A model generated the notes under the pieces. The model saw only the letters and a list, made by a program, of their open reading frames with translations, ran no database searches and had not been told where the DNA came from. From the NCBI GenBank assembly GCA_020635435.1, contig JACJZU010000001.1:361450-425449 (forward strand): a DNA stretch of 64,000 bases. The letters are read 5' to 3'. The stretch's first letter is position 1. Each line of letters starts with the position of its first letter. The position numbers and the translations under genes were made by a program. Shown one piece after another: positions 37,511-47,775 of the stretch. Source of the DNA: Flavobacteriales bacterium (GTDB lineage: Bacteria > Bacteroidota > Bacteroidia > NS11-12g > UBA9320).

Positions 37511-38527
37511 ATGCAAGCAGTGGCACATATCCGCATTTTGGTTTCCGTTTGTCTGATTTTGGCGGGATCTGCGGTAAACGCACAATTGCTTCCAAATTTC
37601 GGTGGACAACGTGCGGGACTTTCCACCCTGGGGTTCCTGAAGAATGACATGAATTCCCGATCGGCCGGAATGAGTGGAGCCGGAGTGGCTCTGGATGGCG
37701 ATTATCTCAGTGTTTCCTCGAATCCTGCTGCGCTCACCGCCATCAACGAATTTGGATTCGGCGCTGCACATTTGCTGTTAGGAGCCGGTATTCATCAATC
37801 ACTGCTCTCGGTTCAGGGTAAATTGAAAAGTGAAGCCACTTTGGGTTTATCCATGAATAGTCTGAATTCGGGAGCTATGCCCTATCGGACAGAGTTTCAA
37901 CCCGATGGTACAGGCAATTACTTCTATGTGGGCCAACATGCGCTCGGTGTGAATTATGCGCAGAAACTGAGTGAACAATTCAACCTGGGAGTTACGCTCA
38001 AGTACATTTTTGAACAAATGGCCGAATACCGCAACCATATGTTGGCATTTGATGTCGGCTTCCTATATGAAACGGACTTCAGAGACATGAAATTTGCCGT
38101 TTTGGTTCAAAATTTTGGAGGTAACAGTGCAGCACGCGGCGATTATTATGCTGTAGATTTCAACCGGGACCCAGAGGCCGCTTTGAGTAGATACACCATA
38201 CCTACCGTATTCAAGATGGGTCTGAGTTTTAAGGCCTGGGAACAAGGAAACCGACATCTCCTGGTGGCTGCTGAACTGAATAATCCAAACGACAATGCTG
38301 AGAACATACGTATCGGGACAGAATTTGCATACCGCGATCTGCTTCAGGTACAGGGTGGTGTTAAATTGAGCGTAAAAGGGCAAACCCTGCCAACCTTTGG
38401 TTTCCGATACAAGAGCCGGATCGGGGTACATCCCATTCATTTTGGCTATGCCATGAATCCGGCAAATTTTCTGGGTACGCAACATCTGTTCACACTTCAA
38501 TTCACCCGTAACCGGAGTACGCGATGA
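37511..38527 (+). CDS. PorV/PorQ family outer-membrane protein
   Basis: STLGFLK...SRSAGMSGA..A.....S...NPAAL, AFDVGFLY, AVLVQNFG, IPTVFKMG, ENIRIGTEF. ATG at 37511. Confidence 0.8.
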   Translation: MQAVAHIRILVSVCLILAGSAVNAQLLPNFGGQRAGLSTLGFLKNDMNSRSAGMSGAGVALDGDYLSVSSNPAALTAINEFGFGAAHLLLGAGIHQSLLSVQGKLKSEATLGLSMNSLNSGAMPYRTEFQPDGTGNYFYVGQHALGVNYAQKLSEQFNLGVTLKYIFEQMAEYRNHMLAFDVGFLYETDFRDMKFAVLVQNFGGNSAARGDYYAVDFNRDPEAALSRYTIPTVFKMGLSFKAWEQGNRHLLVAAELNNPNDNAENIRIGTEFAYRDLLQVQGGVKLSVKGQTLPTFGFRYKSRIGVHPIHFGYAMNPANFLGTQHLFTLQFTRNRSTR

Positions 38528-39696
38528 GGAAATGGCTTGGTATATTTTCCGTCATGCTGGTCCTCGCCGGTTGCGATGGCTATTTCGGCAAGAAAACGGA
38601 CCTCGACTTCATCGAGAAGCCGGAATTCCAATTGCGCGACATTGCATATGTTCCCGTTCAGCCTGCGATCGTTGGTTTGAGTAAGCCCGTGGACGTTCTG
38701 GCCGGATTCGATGAGCTGATCTATGCGGTTGATGCGGGCAGTGAAGAGATCGTATGTTTCGATGAATCGGGGCGTGAATTGGGACGTTTGTACGTGCAGG
38801 GGGTGCGAGCGGTTGCACAGGATCGGAAATTGGATCTGCTGGCCATCGGGACCCAAACCAGGAACATTTCGGGTGTTGATTTCGACCTGACCTGCATATA
38901 CAGGATCCGGCTTCAGCAACCGCAGGGCTACGGATTGCAGTTTGCCCGGGTGGTCAATACCATTGTTCATCCATTCTATTTCAAATCGACCTTTTCCTCC
39001 AGTGATGTTGATGTTGAATTCAACGACATTGCCGTGCTTCGGGACAACCGCTATTACGTTACACGCGAAGGAAATGTGAGTCAGCAATTCGGCGGCCCGG
39101 ATGATGCCGTGCTCCTTTTCAACGAAAACGACGTTTACGTAACACCGATCGCGATCAGTTCAAACGGCAGCCTCTACAACAACTATTTCAAAGATCCTTT
39201 TGGCATTTCATCTCTTATTCAACCACCACAGCTTCTGGCAAATGGGCCTGATGATTTTCTGTTCACATCGATCGACCCGAATGGGGTGATCAAATCGCAG
39301 TACATCGAAGTTGTGGAAACTGAATTCGGAGTGAGTTACGAACCGAGGGTGATGGAACAGGACACTTCAAAGGCCGATGGCTTCCTCACCTTGCCCTACA
39401 GATTCACCGAACCTATGGGAATTACCTTAACCGGGGACGGCAGTAATCATATCTTTATCACAGATCGCGGTAAAGACTCACTCTATCTTTTCTCATTGAA
39501 TGGATTCGAAGGGGTTCGTCCTCCCGCGGGGTACAGTAGTTCGCGCTATGTAAATGTTTCCTTCGGAGGCAGAGGGAATTCACTGATGCAATTCAATCAA
39601 CCGATGGGTGTGGCCTATAAGAACAATATTGTTTACGTAGCCGACTCCGGGAATGGGCGCATACTGCGTTTCAAGCTCACTTCTGATTTTGACTGA
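38524..39696 (+). CDS. Lipoprotein with NHL-type beta-propeller
   Basis: Lipobox LAGC; FTEPMGITL..IFITDRG, FNQPMGVA..VYVADSGNGRI. Confidence 0.75.
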   Translation: MRKWLGIFSVMLVLAGCDGYFGKKTDLDFIEKPEFQLRDIAYVPVQPAIVGLSKPVDVLAGFDELIYAVDAGSEEIVCFDESGRELGRLYVQGVRAVAQDRKLDLLAIGTQTRNISGVDFDLTCIYRIRLQQPQGYGLQFARVVNTIVHPFYFKSTFSSSDVDVEFNDIAVLRDNRYYVTREGNVSQQFGGPDDAVLLFNENDVYVTPIAISSNGSLYNNYFKDPFGISSLIQPPQLLANGPDDFLFTSIDPNGVIKSQYIEVVETEFGVSYEPRVMEQDTSKADGFLTLPYRFTEPMGITLTGDGSNHIFITDRGKDSLYLFSLNGFEGVRPPAGYSSSRYVNVSFGGRGNSLMQFNQPMGVAYKNNIVYVADSGNGRILRFKLTSDFD

Positions 39697-40744
39697 GCAC
39701 TTTCAAGTGCATGGCAATTCGATCCGGTTTTCCGCTTTCGGTGTAGATGGGTTCGTCGAGAAAATAGTACTTCTTCGGAATCAGATAGTGATCCACCCGC
39801 TCCCGCAGTTTTTCGTCGCTTGATGTAATGGGCATATTCGTGATGAGTATCAACCGCTCGCCCAATTCCCTGTCTTCCTCCTTCCACAGCGCTATGAACT
39901 CTTCGATACGCGGTTGAAGGATCTCCAGAAAAAAAACCTCTGTTTCTTCAATGGGGATCTTCAAACCCGCACTGTTCACTACGAATCTGTTCCGACCGAG
40001 AATCCGGAATTTACCTTCACCGAGCAGTTCAGCCCGGTCGCCCGTCCGAAAATGGAGATCGAGATGCGGGATATGGATGCCGAGATCCTGCTCCGCATCG
40101 ATATCGACAGACACTCCGTCAAATGGGGTGTAAAACGGTTCTCCAAGTTTACGCAAGGCAATGTGGCTTGCGGTTTCTGTCATCCCATAGGTATGATAGA
40201 TCCATGGCCCATCGTTTTGCACGGCACTCAGCAGGAACCTCTCCCGATCGGGGCGTATTGGCTCTCCGCCGATCAGTACCCGTTTGAAGCGCAACAATTT
40301 CTGAAGCGATTCACTGTGATCAAGGATCCGGTACAATTGGGCGGGAACGATACTGGTAATTGTGAATTCATGATCGGAGGAGATGGATCGCATAGGATCA
40401 CGAGAGGGCTCGACGACCTGAAGATCCCAATTGAGCACAAAGGATCGCAGTACGAGCATTGCGCCGCCGATGCGCGAGGCGGGAATAGCCAGCAGGGCAT
40501 TTTCTGCACCGGTATGGACGGCCTTGGCAGTATTACGAATACTCCAGAGTATAAGATCGCGACTTAGCAAGAATTCACGGGGGGGGCCACTGCTGCCACT
40601 GCTCTTAAATCGCATTTGGGAGCCGGATCGCCAATCCCGCAACAAATGAACAACGGCAGCATCATTGCCATCAAGATCTGCCATTCCCGCGTTGTACAGA
40701 TCCTCGGGGAACCGAAATTGTTTGTCTCCAAAAAAGCAGTTCAA
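39677..40744 (-). CDS. menE: O-succinylbenzoate-CoA ligase-like AMP-binding protein
   Basis: KSSGSSGPPR P-loop, IGGAMLVLRS, TSIVPAQL, YHTYGMTETASHIA, ILGR..VVNSAG.KI. Short Bacteroidota form; TTG start. Confidence 0.75.
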   Translation of the reverse strand: MNCFFGDKQFRFPEDLYNAGMADLDGNDAAVVHLLRDWRSGSQMRFKSSGSSGPPREFLLSRDLILWSIRNTAKAVHTGAENALLAIPASRIGGAMLVLRSFVLNWDLQVVEPSRDPMRSISSDHEFTITSIVPAQLYRILDHSESLQKLLRFKRVLIGGEPIRPDRERFLLSAVQNDGPWIYHTYGMTETASHIALRKLGEPFYTPFDGVSVDIDAEQDLGIHIPHLDLHFRTGDRAELLGEGKFRILGRNRFVVNSAGLKIPIEETEVFFLEILQPRIEEFIALWKEEDRELGERLILITNMPITSSDEKLRERVDHYLIPKKYYFLDEPIYTESGKPDRIAMHLKVLSQNQK

Positions 40745-40745
40745 T

Positions 40746-42023
40746 TCAAATATGTTCGGAGAGTGCCTTCAGGAAACCATCGAGCTCACTCATGGAATTG
40801 TAGATATGCGTAGAAACACGCAAACTATTCAAATTGCTTTCTGCCACAAATCGTATCTCGTAATCTTCATGCAATGCTGATTTGATCGCGTTATTGTCCT
40901 TGTTTCGAATCCGGAAGGCCACAACGCCTAAGCGGGATATCCGTTCTTCAGGCGTTAGGATCTCCACAGTTGTTCCTAAAGAACGAAGTCCCTGAAAAAG
41001 ATGCTCATTCAATTCGGCAATGCGATCGCGGATCCTTTCCTTTCCTACGGCTTCCTGAAACTCAACCGCCGCCTGGATCCCAAAATACTGCGCGGCAGAT
41101 TGTGTTCCGTAGTAATAGCGGTGAGCACCTACCGTATAGTTATCGTCAATAAATGGAACCGCCTCATGAACATGCCAGTCGAGTCCGGAGTAGCCCCCTA
41201 CAAATAAGGCCCGCAATTCGTCCTGATATTCCTTTCGGACATACAGATATCCCGTTCCCTTTGGTCCTAGAAGCCATTTGTGGCAACACGACGCATAAAC
41301 ATCACATCCCATATCGTGCAGATCGAGAGGCATCATACCCGTGCCATGGGCACCGTCTACAAAGGACAGGATGTTTCTTGCCCTTGCAAGGGCACATATC
41401 TCCCTGATGGGCAATACCTGTCCGTTCGTGCAGGGAATATGCGGAACAGCGATGACCCTCGTTTTTGGGGAAATGGCAGATCGAATGTTTTGCAATGTTT
41501 CATCGGCTGTTGCCCCCAGAGCGATTGTTCGCACAACAAGTCCATCGGCTTTTGCCCGGTGCAACCAGGGCAGTCCGTTTCCGACATGCTCCTCTTTGCT
41601 CAGGATGATCTCATCTCCGGGTTTCAGGTCCACACCCCAAGCGGCGATATTGATCCCTTCAGTAACGTTGTGCGTAATGGCGAGTTCTTCCTTATCACAA
41701 TTTAAAAAACGCGACAAGGCTTCGAGTGCTTCGGGTTTACCGCCTCCATACACTCCGCTCACGTTCGTGTGCTCAATGCTCTTCACGTACGCATCGATCA
41801 CGGGTTGCGGAGATGGCCCCATGGTTCCGTTGTTCAAATAGGCGCGCTCCCTGCTCAAAGGGAAGAGGTCACGCATCTCGTCCCAGCTCCTCGACGCTAG
41901 TGAATTGGGCTCGATCTTCCTGGACCGAGTTCCTGTTGATCCATTTCCGGCCAACAATTGCTCGGAGAATAAACCGAGCATTCCGGCCAAACCGTATTTA
42001 ACAAATTCCCGACGTTGGTACAT
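40746..42023 (-). CDS. Class V PLP aminotransferase (cysteine desulfurase / isopenicillin N epimerase-like) with a Tat-type signal
   Basis: QRREFVK twin-arginine motif, YLNNGTMGP, EEHVGN, VDGAHG, SCCHKWLLGPKGTG. Confidence 0.88.
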   Translation of the reverse strand: MYQRREFVKYGLAGMLGLFSEQLLAGNGSTGTRSRKIEPNSLASRSWDEMRDLFPLSRERAYLNNGTMGPSPQPVIDAYVKSIEHTNVSGVYGGGKPEALEALSRFLNCDKEELAITHNVTEGINIAAWGVDLKPGDEIILSKEEHVGNGLPWLHRAKADGLVVRTIALGATADETLQNIRSAISPKTRVIAVPHIPCTNGQVLPIREICALARARNILSFVDGAHGTGMMPLDLHDMGCDVYASCCHKWLLGPKGTGYLYVRKEYQDELRALFVGGYSGLDWHVHEAVPFIDDNYTVGAHRYYYGTQSAAQYFGIQAAVEFQEAVGKERIRDRIAELNEHLFQGLRSLGTTVEILTPEERISRLGVVAFRIRNKDNNAIKSALHEDYEIRFVAESNLNSLRVSTHIYNSMSELDGFLKALSEHI

Positions 42024-42172
42024 AGTTTGTGCTTGATTCAAAGCTAAAGGTTCGATGCGTATTTATACAAATCGGCATTAAAAAGTAATTCCTTGCTCAA
42101 AGCTGGGCCGAATGGCTGAAGAGGAATGGCATATTGGTTAAATTCGCAGCTCTTATAAAAACCTCCGGAAGG

Positions 42173-44128
42173 ATGAAGAAACTTAACCTGATTATTTTCA
42201 CTATTCTGATTTGTTTTCTGCAGGCCAATGCCCAAAAGGGTGGGCCCGTTGTATTCACTGTTGGTAGTGATACCGTTTGGGGGGCAGAATTTGAGCGCGT
42301 GTACAGCAAGAACAACCGAAGTGAAGAAAAACCTTCACTCGCAGATCTTGAAGCCTATCGCGAACTCTACATTAAATTCAAGCTGAAGGTCAAGGAAGCC
42401 TATGCCATGGGAATGGATACCAATGCAGCTTTTCAGAAGGAGCTGGCCGGCTACCGCAAGCAGTTGGCAAAACCGTATCTGACCGACAAGGAGGTGAACG
42501 ATCGTTTGATCAACGAAGCCTATGAACGCATGAAAACAGAAGTTGATGCGAGTAACCTGATGGTTTACGTTTCAGAATTGGCGTCACCGAAAGATACTGC
42601 CGAAGCGCTGGCGCGCATCGAGAAATGGTACCGGATGATCACCGAGGAGGGTATTGATTTCGCTCAATTGGCTGCGGATAGCAGTCAGGATGAGTACGGG
42701 CGTAAATACAAAGGACGCCTGGGCTATTTCACAGCTTTCAATATGATCTACCCCTTTGAGAATGTAGCCTATTCAACAGAGGTTGGAGCAGTGAGCCGAC
42801 CGTTCCGCACACAATACGGCTATCATATCCTGAAGGTAAATGCGAAACGTCCTGCCCGTGGGGAAGTGAAGGTCGCACATATTCTCATTCGTCGGAATAA
42901 CGATGCCGAGATCGCAGAAAAGAAGCTAAAGATCGATGCCATATACGAGCGGCTCAAAAAAGGAGAGAACTGGGACGATCTGGTTATGCAGTTCACTGAA
43001 GATTTTACATCGAGAACCCGTGGGGGTGAACTCGGATGGGTGAGCAGTATTGGTGGCAACTTCCCTGAGGCTATTCGCGAAGCGGCATTCAAACTGGAAA
43101 AAGATGGAGCGCTTTCAGAGCCTGTTCTATCTGAAATGGGATGGCATATACTCATGCGCCTTGAAAAAAGAGGTGTACGTCCTTTGAAGGACATGGAGGA
43201 GTTCCTGAAATTCAAGATCTCCAAGGACTCGAGAAGTCAGCTCAATCAAATTGCAGTGATCAAGCGCATCAAAGAGGAAAACAAATACACGGAGAATCGT
43301 GCGAATATTGATGGTTTCCTGAGGAGTCTCGACTCGAGCATTTTAAACAATACCTGGAAAGCCTCTTCCATGCATTCAACGGAAGATGAGCTTTTCCGGA
43401 TCGCGGGTAAAAAGTACACGTATTCCGACTTCAGTAAGTATATCTCCTCTTATAAAAATGCCGATCCGAAAGCCGACCTCAACAAAGTTCGAATGGACAT
43501 GTTCCGCAGTTATTCGGATAATGCGAATCTCGACTACGAGGAGTCCATACTTGAAGAGAAATACGATGATTTCAAATATTTGATGCAGGAGTACCGCGAT
43601 GGTATTCTCCTGTTCGAACTCACCAATAAACTCGTTTGGAACAAGGCCTCCGAGGACACGAGCGGTTTAGAGAATTTCTTTGAGGCGAACAGAGATAAAT
43701 ACCTTTGGAAAAAGCGCCTGGCCTACCGGGCTTACCACTGTTCCGACTCGAAAACTGCTAAAACCGTGAAGAAAATGCTGAAAAAGGGCAATACCGATGC
43801 CGAAATGCTGGCCGCAGTGAATGCGAATAACCCTTTGGCTTTGCGCATCGATCAGAAAGTTGTTGAGCAGGGAAGCGATGAAACCGTGGATCATTTAGAT
43901 TGGAACAAGAAGATCACGAAGATCAAAGATGGCAGTAAGAACAAGGTTTACATAGTAACAGACAGCATCTTACCGGCCGGCAGGAAGGAACTCAGAGAAA
44001 CTCTGGGACCGGTGACATCTGATTATCAGGACCACCTGGAGAACCAATGGATCGAATCCCTCAAATTGAAATATCCGGTAGTTTTGAATGAGAAAGCACT
44101 TCCACTTCTCTTCGATAAGAAAAAATAG
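42173..44128 (+). CDS. Parvulin-type peptidylprolyl isomerase, two rotamase domains
   Basis: GRLGYF..PFENVAY..PFRTQYGYHI; VAHILI..GGELGW..GWHIL. Confidence 0.9.
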   Translation: MKKLNLIIFTILICFLQANAQKGGPVVFTVGSDTVWGAEFERVYSKNNRSEEKPSLADLEAYRELYIKFKLKVKEAYAMGMDTNAAFQKELAGYRKQLAKPYLTDKEVNDRLINEAYERMKTEVDASNLMVYVSELASPKDTAEALARIEKWYRMITEEGIDFAQLAADSSQDEYGRKYKGRLGYFTAFNMIYPFENVAYSTEVGAVSRPFRTQYGYHILKVNAKRPARGEVKVAHILIRRNNDAEIAEKKLKIDAIYERLKKGENWDDLVMQFTEDFTSRTRGGELGWVSSIGGNFPEAIREAAFKLEKDGALSEPVLSEMGWHILMRLEKRGVRPLKDMEEFLKFKISKDSRSQLNQIAVIKRIKEENKYTENRANIDGFLRSLDSSILNNTWKASSMHSTEDELFRIAGKKYTYSDFSKYISSYKNADPKADLNKVRMDMFRSYSDNANLDYEESILEEKYDDFKYLMQEYRDGILLFELTNKLVWNKASEDTSGLENFFEANRDKYLWKKRLAYRAYHCSDSKTAKTVKKMLKKGNTDAEMLAAVNANNPLALRIDQKVVEQGSDETVDHLDWNKKITKIKDGSKNKVYIVTDSILPAGRKELRETLGPVTSDYQDHLENQWIESLKLKYPVVLNEKALPLLFDKKK

Positions 44129-44131
44129 TCC

Positions 44132-44980
44132 TTGAGCCGTCCGTTATTCCTCATATTGACCGCTTTAGTTTCCTTGTTCGCTTGTAAGAAGGACAAGCCG
44201 GAAGACAATTCGCGGGTTATTGCAGAAGTTTACGGTAACAAGCTCACCTACACGCACATGATGCAGGATCTGGAGGGTAAATTGAACGGTCCGGACAGCG
44301 CTGCCATTGCAGATGATTATGTGGCCAATTGGGTGCGAAATGAATTGATCTACCTCAAGGCTCAGGACGAACTTACGGCGGAAGAGAAGGATAAGACGGA
44401 ATTGTTGGATCAGTACTACCGCGACCTTCTGATCCACACTTTTCAGCAGAAACTATTGACCCGGAATCTGGATCTGAACGTGAGTGACGAGGAGATCGAG
44501 ACCTATTACAACGAACACAGTCAGAATTTTGAATTAAAGGAGAATATCGTGCGACTGATCTTCTTCAAGCTTTCGAATTCAACACCTAATCTCAATACAC
44601 TCTGGTACAAATTCAACACCGGTGGAAAAGCAAATCTGGATCAGATCACCTATGCATCTGTTAATGGTGGCGGAAACTTTCACCGCGACGAGGACACCTG
44701 GCTGGATTTCAACGATATTTTAAAAGAGATCCCAATAACGACCTACAATCAGGAGAGTTATTTGAATAATCATAAAGTAATCCGTGTATCGGACGATAAT
44801 TTCACCTATTTCGTGCAGATCATGGATTTCAGGATCAAGAACAGTATTTCACCTTTGCAGCGCGAACGCGATCGCATACGAAGGATCATTGTGAACAAAA
44901 GAAAAAGTGAGTTGCTGCAACAAATTGAAGAACAGATCGTAAATGATGCGTACGCATCGGATAAAGTACGCATTCCTTGA
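44132..44980 (+). CDS. Conserved lipoprotein of the PPIase operon (PPIase-like)
   Basis: Lipobox LFAC; VIAEVYGNKL, YY..HSQNFELKENIV; sits between two PPIase genes. Confidence 0.7.
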   Translation: MSRPLFLILTALVSLFACKKDKPEDNSRVIAEVYGNKLTYTHMMQDLEGKLNGPDSAAIADDYVANWVRNELIYLKAQDELTAEEKDKTELLDQYYRDLLIHTFQQKLLTRNLDLNVSDEEIETYYNEHSQNFELKENIVRLIFFKLSNSTPNLNTLWYKFNTGGKANLDQITYASVNGGGNFHRDEDTWLDFNDILKEIPITTYNQESYLNNHKVIRVSDDNFTYFVQIMDFRIKNSISPLQRERDRIRRIIVNKRKSELLQQIEEQIVNDAYASDKVRIP

Positions 44981-46323
44981 GACACCTATTCGTCATAGCT
45001 ATTGCCTTTATGGCATTGTGCCGGCCATTCATGTCTGCAGCTCAGCCTTCGGCGGTTATCGAAGAGGTGATCGCTGTAGTAGGCGATCATATTGTGCTGA
45101 AGTCTGATCTCGAAAAGGAGTATTTTCAGATGAGTCTGCAATATCCCGATTATCAGGGCGATCTGAAATGCGATCTCTTTCAGCAATTACTCACCCAGAA
45201 ATTGTTGTTGCACAAAGCTGAACTGGATAGCATAGTGATCGCGGATGAGCGACTGGAATATGAGATCACACGTCGGATCGAATTCTATGCGTCACAGGTA
45301 GGGGGCGTTGATCGGTTGGAGGATTATCTTGGGGTGTCGGTGATCGAATACAAGGATCAGATGCGTCAGAAAGTGAAGAATCAGATGTTGGTTCAGGAGG
45401 CTCAGGCGTCCTTGTTACGGGACCTCAAAGTTTCACCCACCGAGGTTCGGAAATTTTACAATGAGATCCCTGCGGACAGTATTCCCTATTTCAATGCGCA
45501 GGTTGAAGTAGGACAGATTGTGATCAAACCCAAACCCAGTACGGTTGCTGATGAGTATGCGCGCGATCTGGCCGAAAAACTGAGAGCTGATCTTATCTCC
45601 GGTAAAAGGAAATTCTGCATCACAGCCTCGCTCTATTCGGATGACCCCGGTTCAAAATCGCGTTGTGGTGAATTGGGTGAATTCAAGAGGGGAAGTATGG
45701 TGGCTGAATTCGAACGTGCCGCTTTCAAATTGAAGAAGGACTCCATCTCTCCCGTTGTTAAGAGTGAATTCGGCTATCACATCATTCAACTCATAGAGCG
45801 AAAAGGTAATATACTGAATGCACGGCACATCCTTATTAGGCCAAAGATCGTATCAAGCGATTATCAGGTAACGATCGATCAACTGAAGGACATAGTTCGA
45901 AAGATCAAGGCAGATTCCATGACTTTTTGCGATGCTGCTCAGAAGTACAGCGAAGATGAGATGACGCGAGTGAATTGCGGGATACTGTCGGATCCCAATT
46001 CGGGAACCAATTTGGTCGAGATCACTCAAATGGATCCGGACATTGCGCTTCGCCTCGAGAAATTAAAGCCAGGCGACTTTACAGAACCACATTCGGTTCC
46101 TCAACTGGATGGATCGGTTGAGTTCCGGGTCCTGTATTTGAAGCATGAAGTTCCACCGCATAAGGCAGATCTAACTGCCGACTATCAGATGATCGCAAAT
46201 TTTGCGTTGGAGAAGAAAAAACAGGATACGCTGGACAAGTGGGCGGAAAAATTCCGCAAGCAACTATACATCAAAATTGACGATAAATTCGCGGGCTGTC
46301 CGGAAGTAGCTCAATGGCAGTAA
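44977..46323 (+). CDS. SurA-like peptidylprolyl isomerase
   Basis: VIAVVGDHIVLKSD, YSDDPGS...GELG...GSMVAEFE, KSEFGYHIIQL, NARHILIRP. Confidence 0.88.
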   Translation: MRHLFVIAIAFMALCRPFMSAAQPSAVIEEVIAVVGDHIVLKSDLEKEYFQMSLQYPDYQGDLKCDLFQQLLTQKLLLHKAELDSIVIADERLEYEITRRIEFYASQVGGVDRLEDYLGVSVIEYKDQMRQKVKNQMLVQEAQASLLRDLKVSPTEVRKFYNEIPADSIPYFNAQVEVGQIVIKPKPSTVADEYARDLAEKLRADLISGKRKFCITASLYSDDPGSKSRCGELGEFKRGSMVAEFERAAFKLKKDSISPVVKSEFGYHIIQLIERKGNILNARHILIRPKIVSSDYQVTIDQLKDIVRKIKADSMTFCDAAQKYSEDEMTRVNCGILSDPNSGTNLVEITQMDPDIALRLEKLKPGDFTEPHSVPQLDGSVEFRVLYLKHEVPPHKADLTADYQMIANFALEKKKQDTLDKWAEKFRKQLYIKIDDKFAGCPEVAQWQ

Positions 46324-46341
46324 ACGGACGAAAAAACAAAT

Positions 46342-47307
46342 ATGAAAGTATACAAGGATAGTGTTGAAGCGGCAAATGCGCTGAATGAGGTGGCGGAACA
46401 ACTCCGTCAGGAGATCGGGAAAGTGATCGTGGGTCAGAGGGATGTTGTGGATGGAGTTTTACTCTCCATTTTCTGCAACGGCCATAGTTTATTGATCGGG
46501 GTACCCGGTTTGGCCAAAACCCTCCTGATCAAGACCATATCGGATGTATTGGATCTGAGTTTTCACCGGATACAGTTCACCCCGGACCTGATGCCGTCGG
46601 ACATCACGGGTTCGGAAGTACTTGACGACAACAGGAATTTCCGCTTCTCGCGTGGACCACTCTTCGCCAATATCATTCTGGCCGACGAGATCAACCGTAC
46701 TCCACCAAAAACGCAGGCAGCACTTCTGGAGGCCATGCAGGAAAAGAATGTTACCGTGAATGGTCAGGTTCACGAATTGCCGAAACCTTTCTTCGTTTTG
46801 GCCACTCAGAACCCAATTGAGCAGGAAGGTACTTATCCGCTGCCGGAAGCCCAGCTCGACCGTTTCATGTTCAACATCATTCTCGATTACCCGAGTGAAC
46901 GGGATGAGATCGAGATCGTGCGATCTACTACCGGTAATTCTACTCCCGACATTCACAAGATCATAGGTTCGGCTGAGATCCTCGCCTTTCAGAAATTGGT
47001 TCGTGAGGTTCCCATTGCAGACAATGTGCTCGAGTACGCGGTGAAGCTGGTTGGTAAGACGCGTCCGGGCGCAGAAGGAGCCAGCGAATTCGTGCAGAAA
47101 TACCTCAACTACGGAGCCGGACCGAGGGCCAGCCAATACCTGGTGTTAGGGGCAAAATGTCATTCCCTTTTGAGAGGTAAGTATTCGCCGGACATCGAAG
47201 ATGTTCAGGCCATTGCTACCAATGTATTGCGGCATCGTATCGTGAAAAACTACCGCGCAGAAGCTGAAGGGATCAGTGTGGAGGATATTATCCGGAAATT
47301 GATGTAG
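46342..47307 (+). CDS. MoxR family AAA+ ATPase
   Basis: GVPGLAKT Walker A, RIQFTPDLMPSDITG, LADEINR, ATQNPIEQEGTYPLPEAQLDRF. Confidence 0.95.
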   Translation: MKVYKDSVEAANALNEVAEQLRQEIGKVIVGQRDVVDGVLLSIFCNGHSLLIGVPGLAKTLLIKTISDVLDLSFHRIQFTPDLMPSDITGSEVLDDNRNFRFSRGPLFANIILADEINRTPPKTQAALLEAMQEKNVTVNGQVHELPKPFFVLATQNPIEQEGTYPLPEAQLDRFMFNIILDYPSERDEIEIVRSTTGNSTPDIHKIIGSAEILAFQKLVREVPIADNVLEYAVKLVGKTRPGAEGASEFVQKYLNYGAGPRASQYLVLGAKCHSLLRGKYSPDIEDVQAIATNVLRHRIVKNYRAEAEGISVEDIIRKLM

Positions 47308-47317
47308 ACCGCGATAT

Positions 47318-47692
47318 ATGCATAATCCGGAACTATTTCAAACGCTCAAGGACCTGCTCTCCCAAAAAGCCGGCCCGCTTAAAACCAGCGAAAAGCAGGA
47401 AGGCATTTTTGAAGCGTGCGGAACAAAACCGGTTATGCAGGGCAAACAGAAAGTGGATGGTCATTATTTCGCTACGTTGATGGACAAACCCACCGATGTG
47501 CGATTCTATTTCCTTCCCATTTACACACACGCTGCCGCATATACCGATCTATCTGAAAAGGTCCGCAAGATGCTGAAGGGTAAGAGTTGTTTTCACATAA
47601 AACCCAAACAATTCGATCTTGAGGCTGAAAAGGAGTTAGGGCGTATGATCGAACTGGGAATTGAACTTTATGAACGCGATGGTCTGATCTGA
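47318..47692 (+). CDS. Hypothetical protein (DUF1801-like)
   Basis: VRFYFLPIY..LSEKVRKMLKGKSCFHIK pattern. Confidence 0.55.
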   Translation: MHNPELFQTLKDLLSQKAGPLKTSEKQEGIFEACGTKPVMQGKQKVDGHYFATLMDKPTDVRFYFLPIYTHAAAYTDLSEKVRKMLKGKSCFHIKPKQFDLEAEKELGRMIELGIELYERDGLI

Positions 47693-47737
47693 GCGTTCAT
47701 TCCCATCAGAACAACTTTCAGGCTTTTCGAATTGAAC

Positions 47738-47745
47738 TATCTTTG
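47738..47745 (+). promoter_or_regulatory. -7 element TATCTTTG of sucA
   Basis: Exact TAnnTTTG match upstream of the ATG at 47776. Confidence 0.6.
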
Positions 47746-47775
47746 CCGCCAATTTCAAGGAGGGGCAGCACCATT

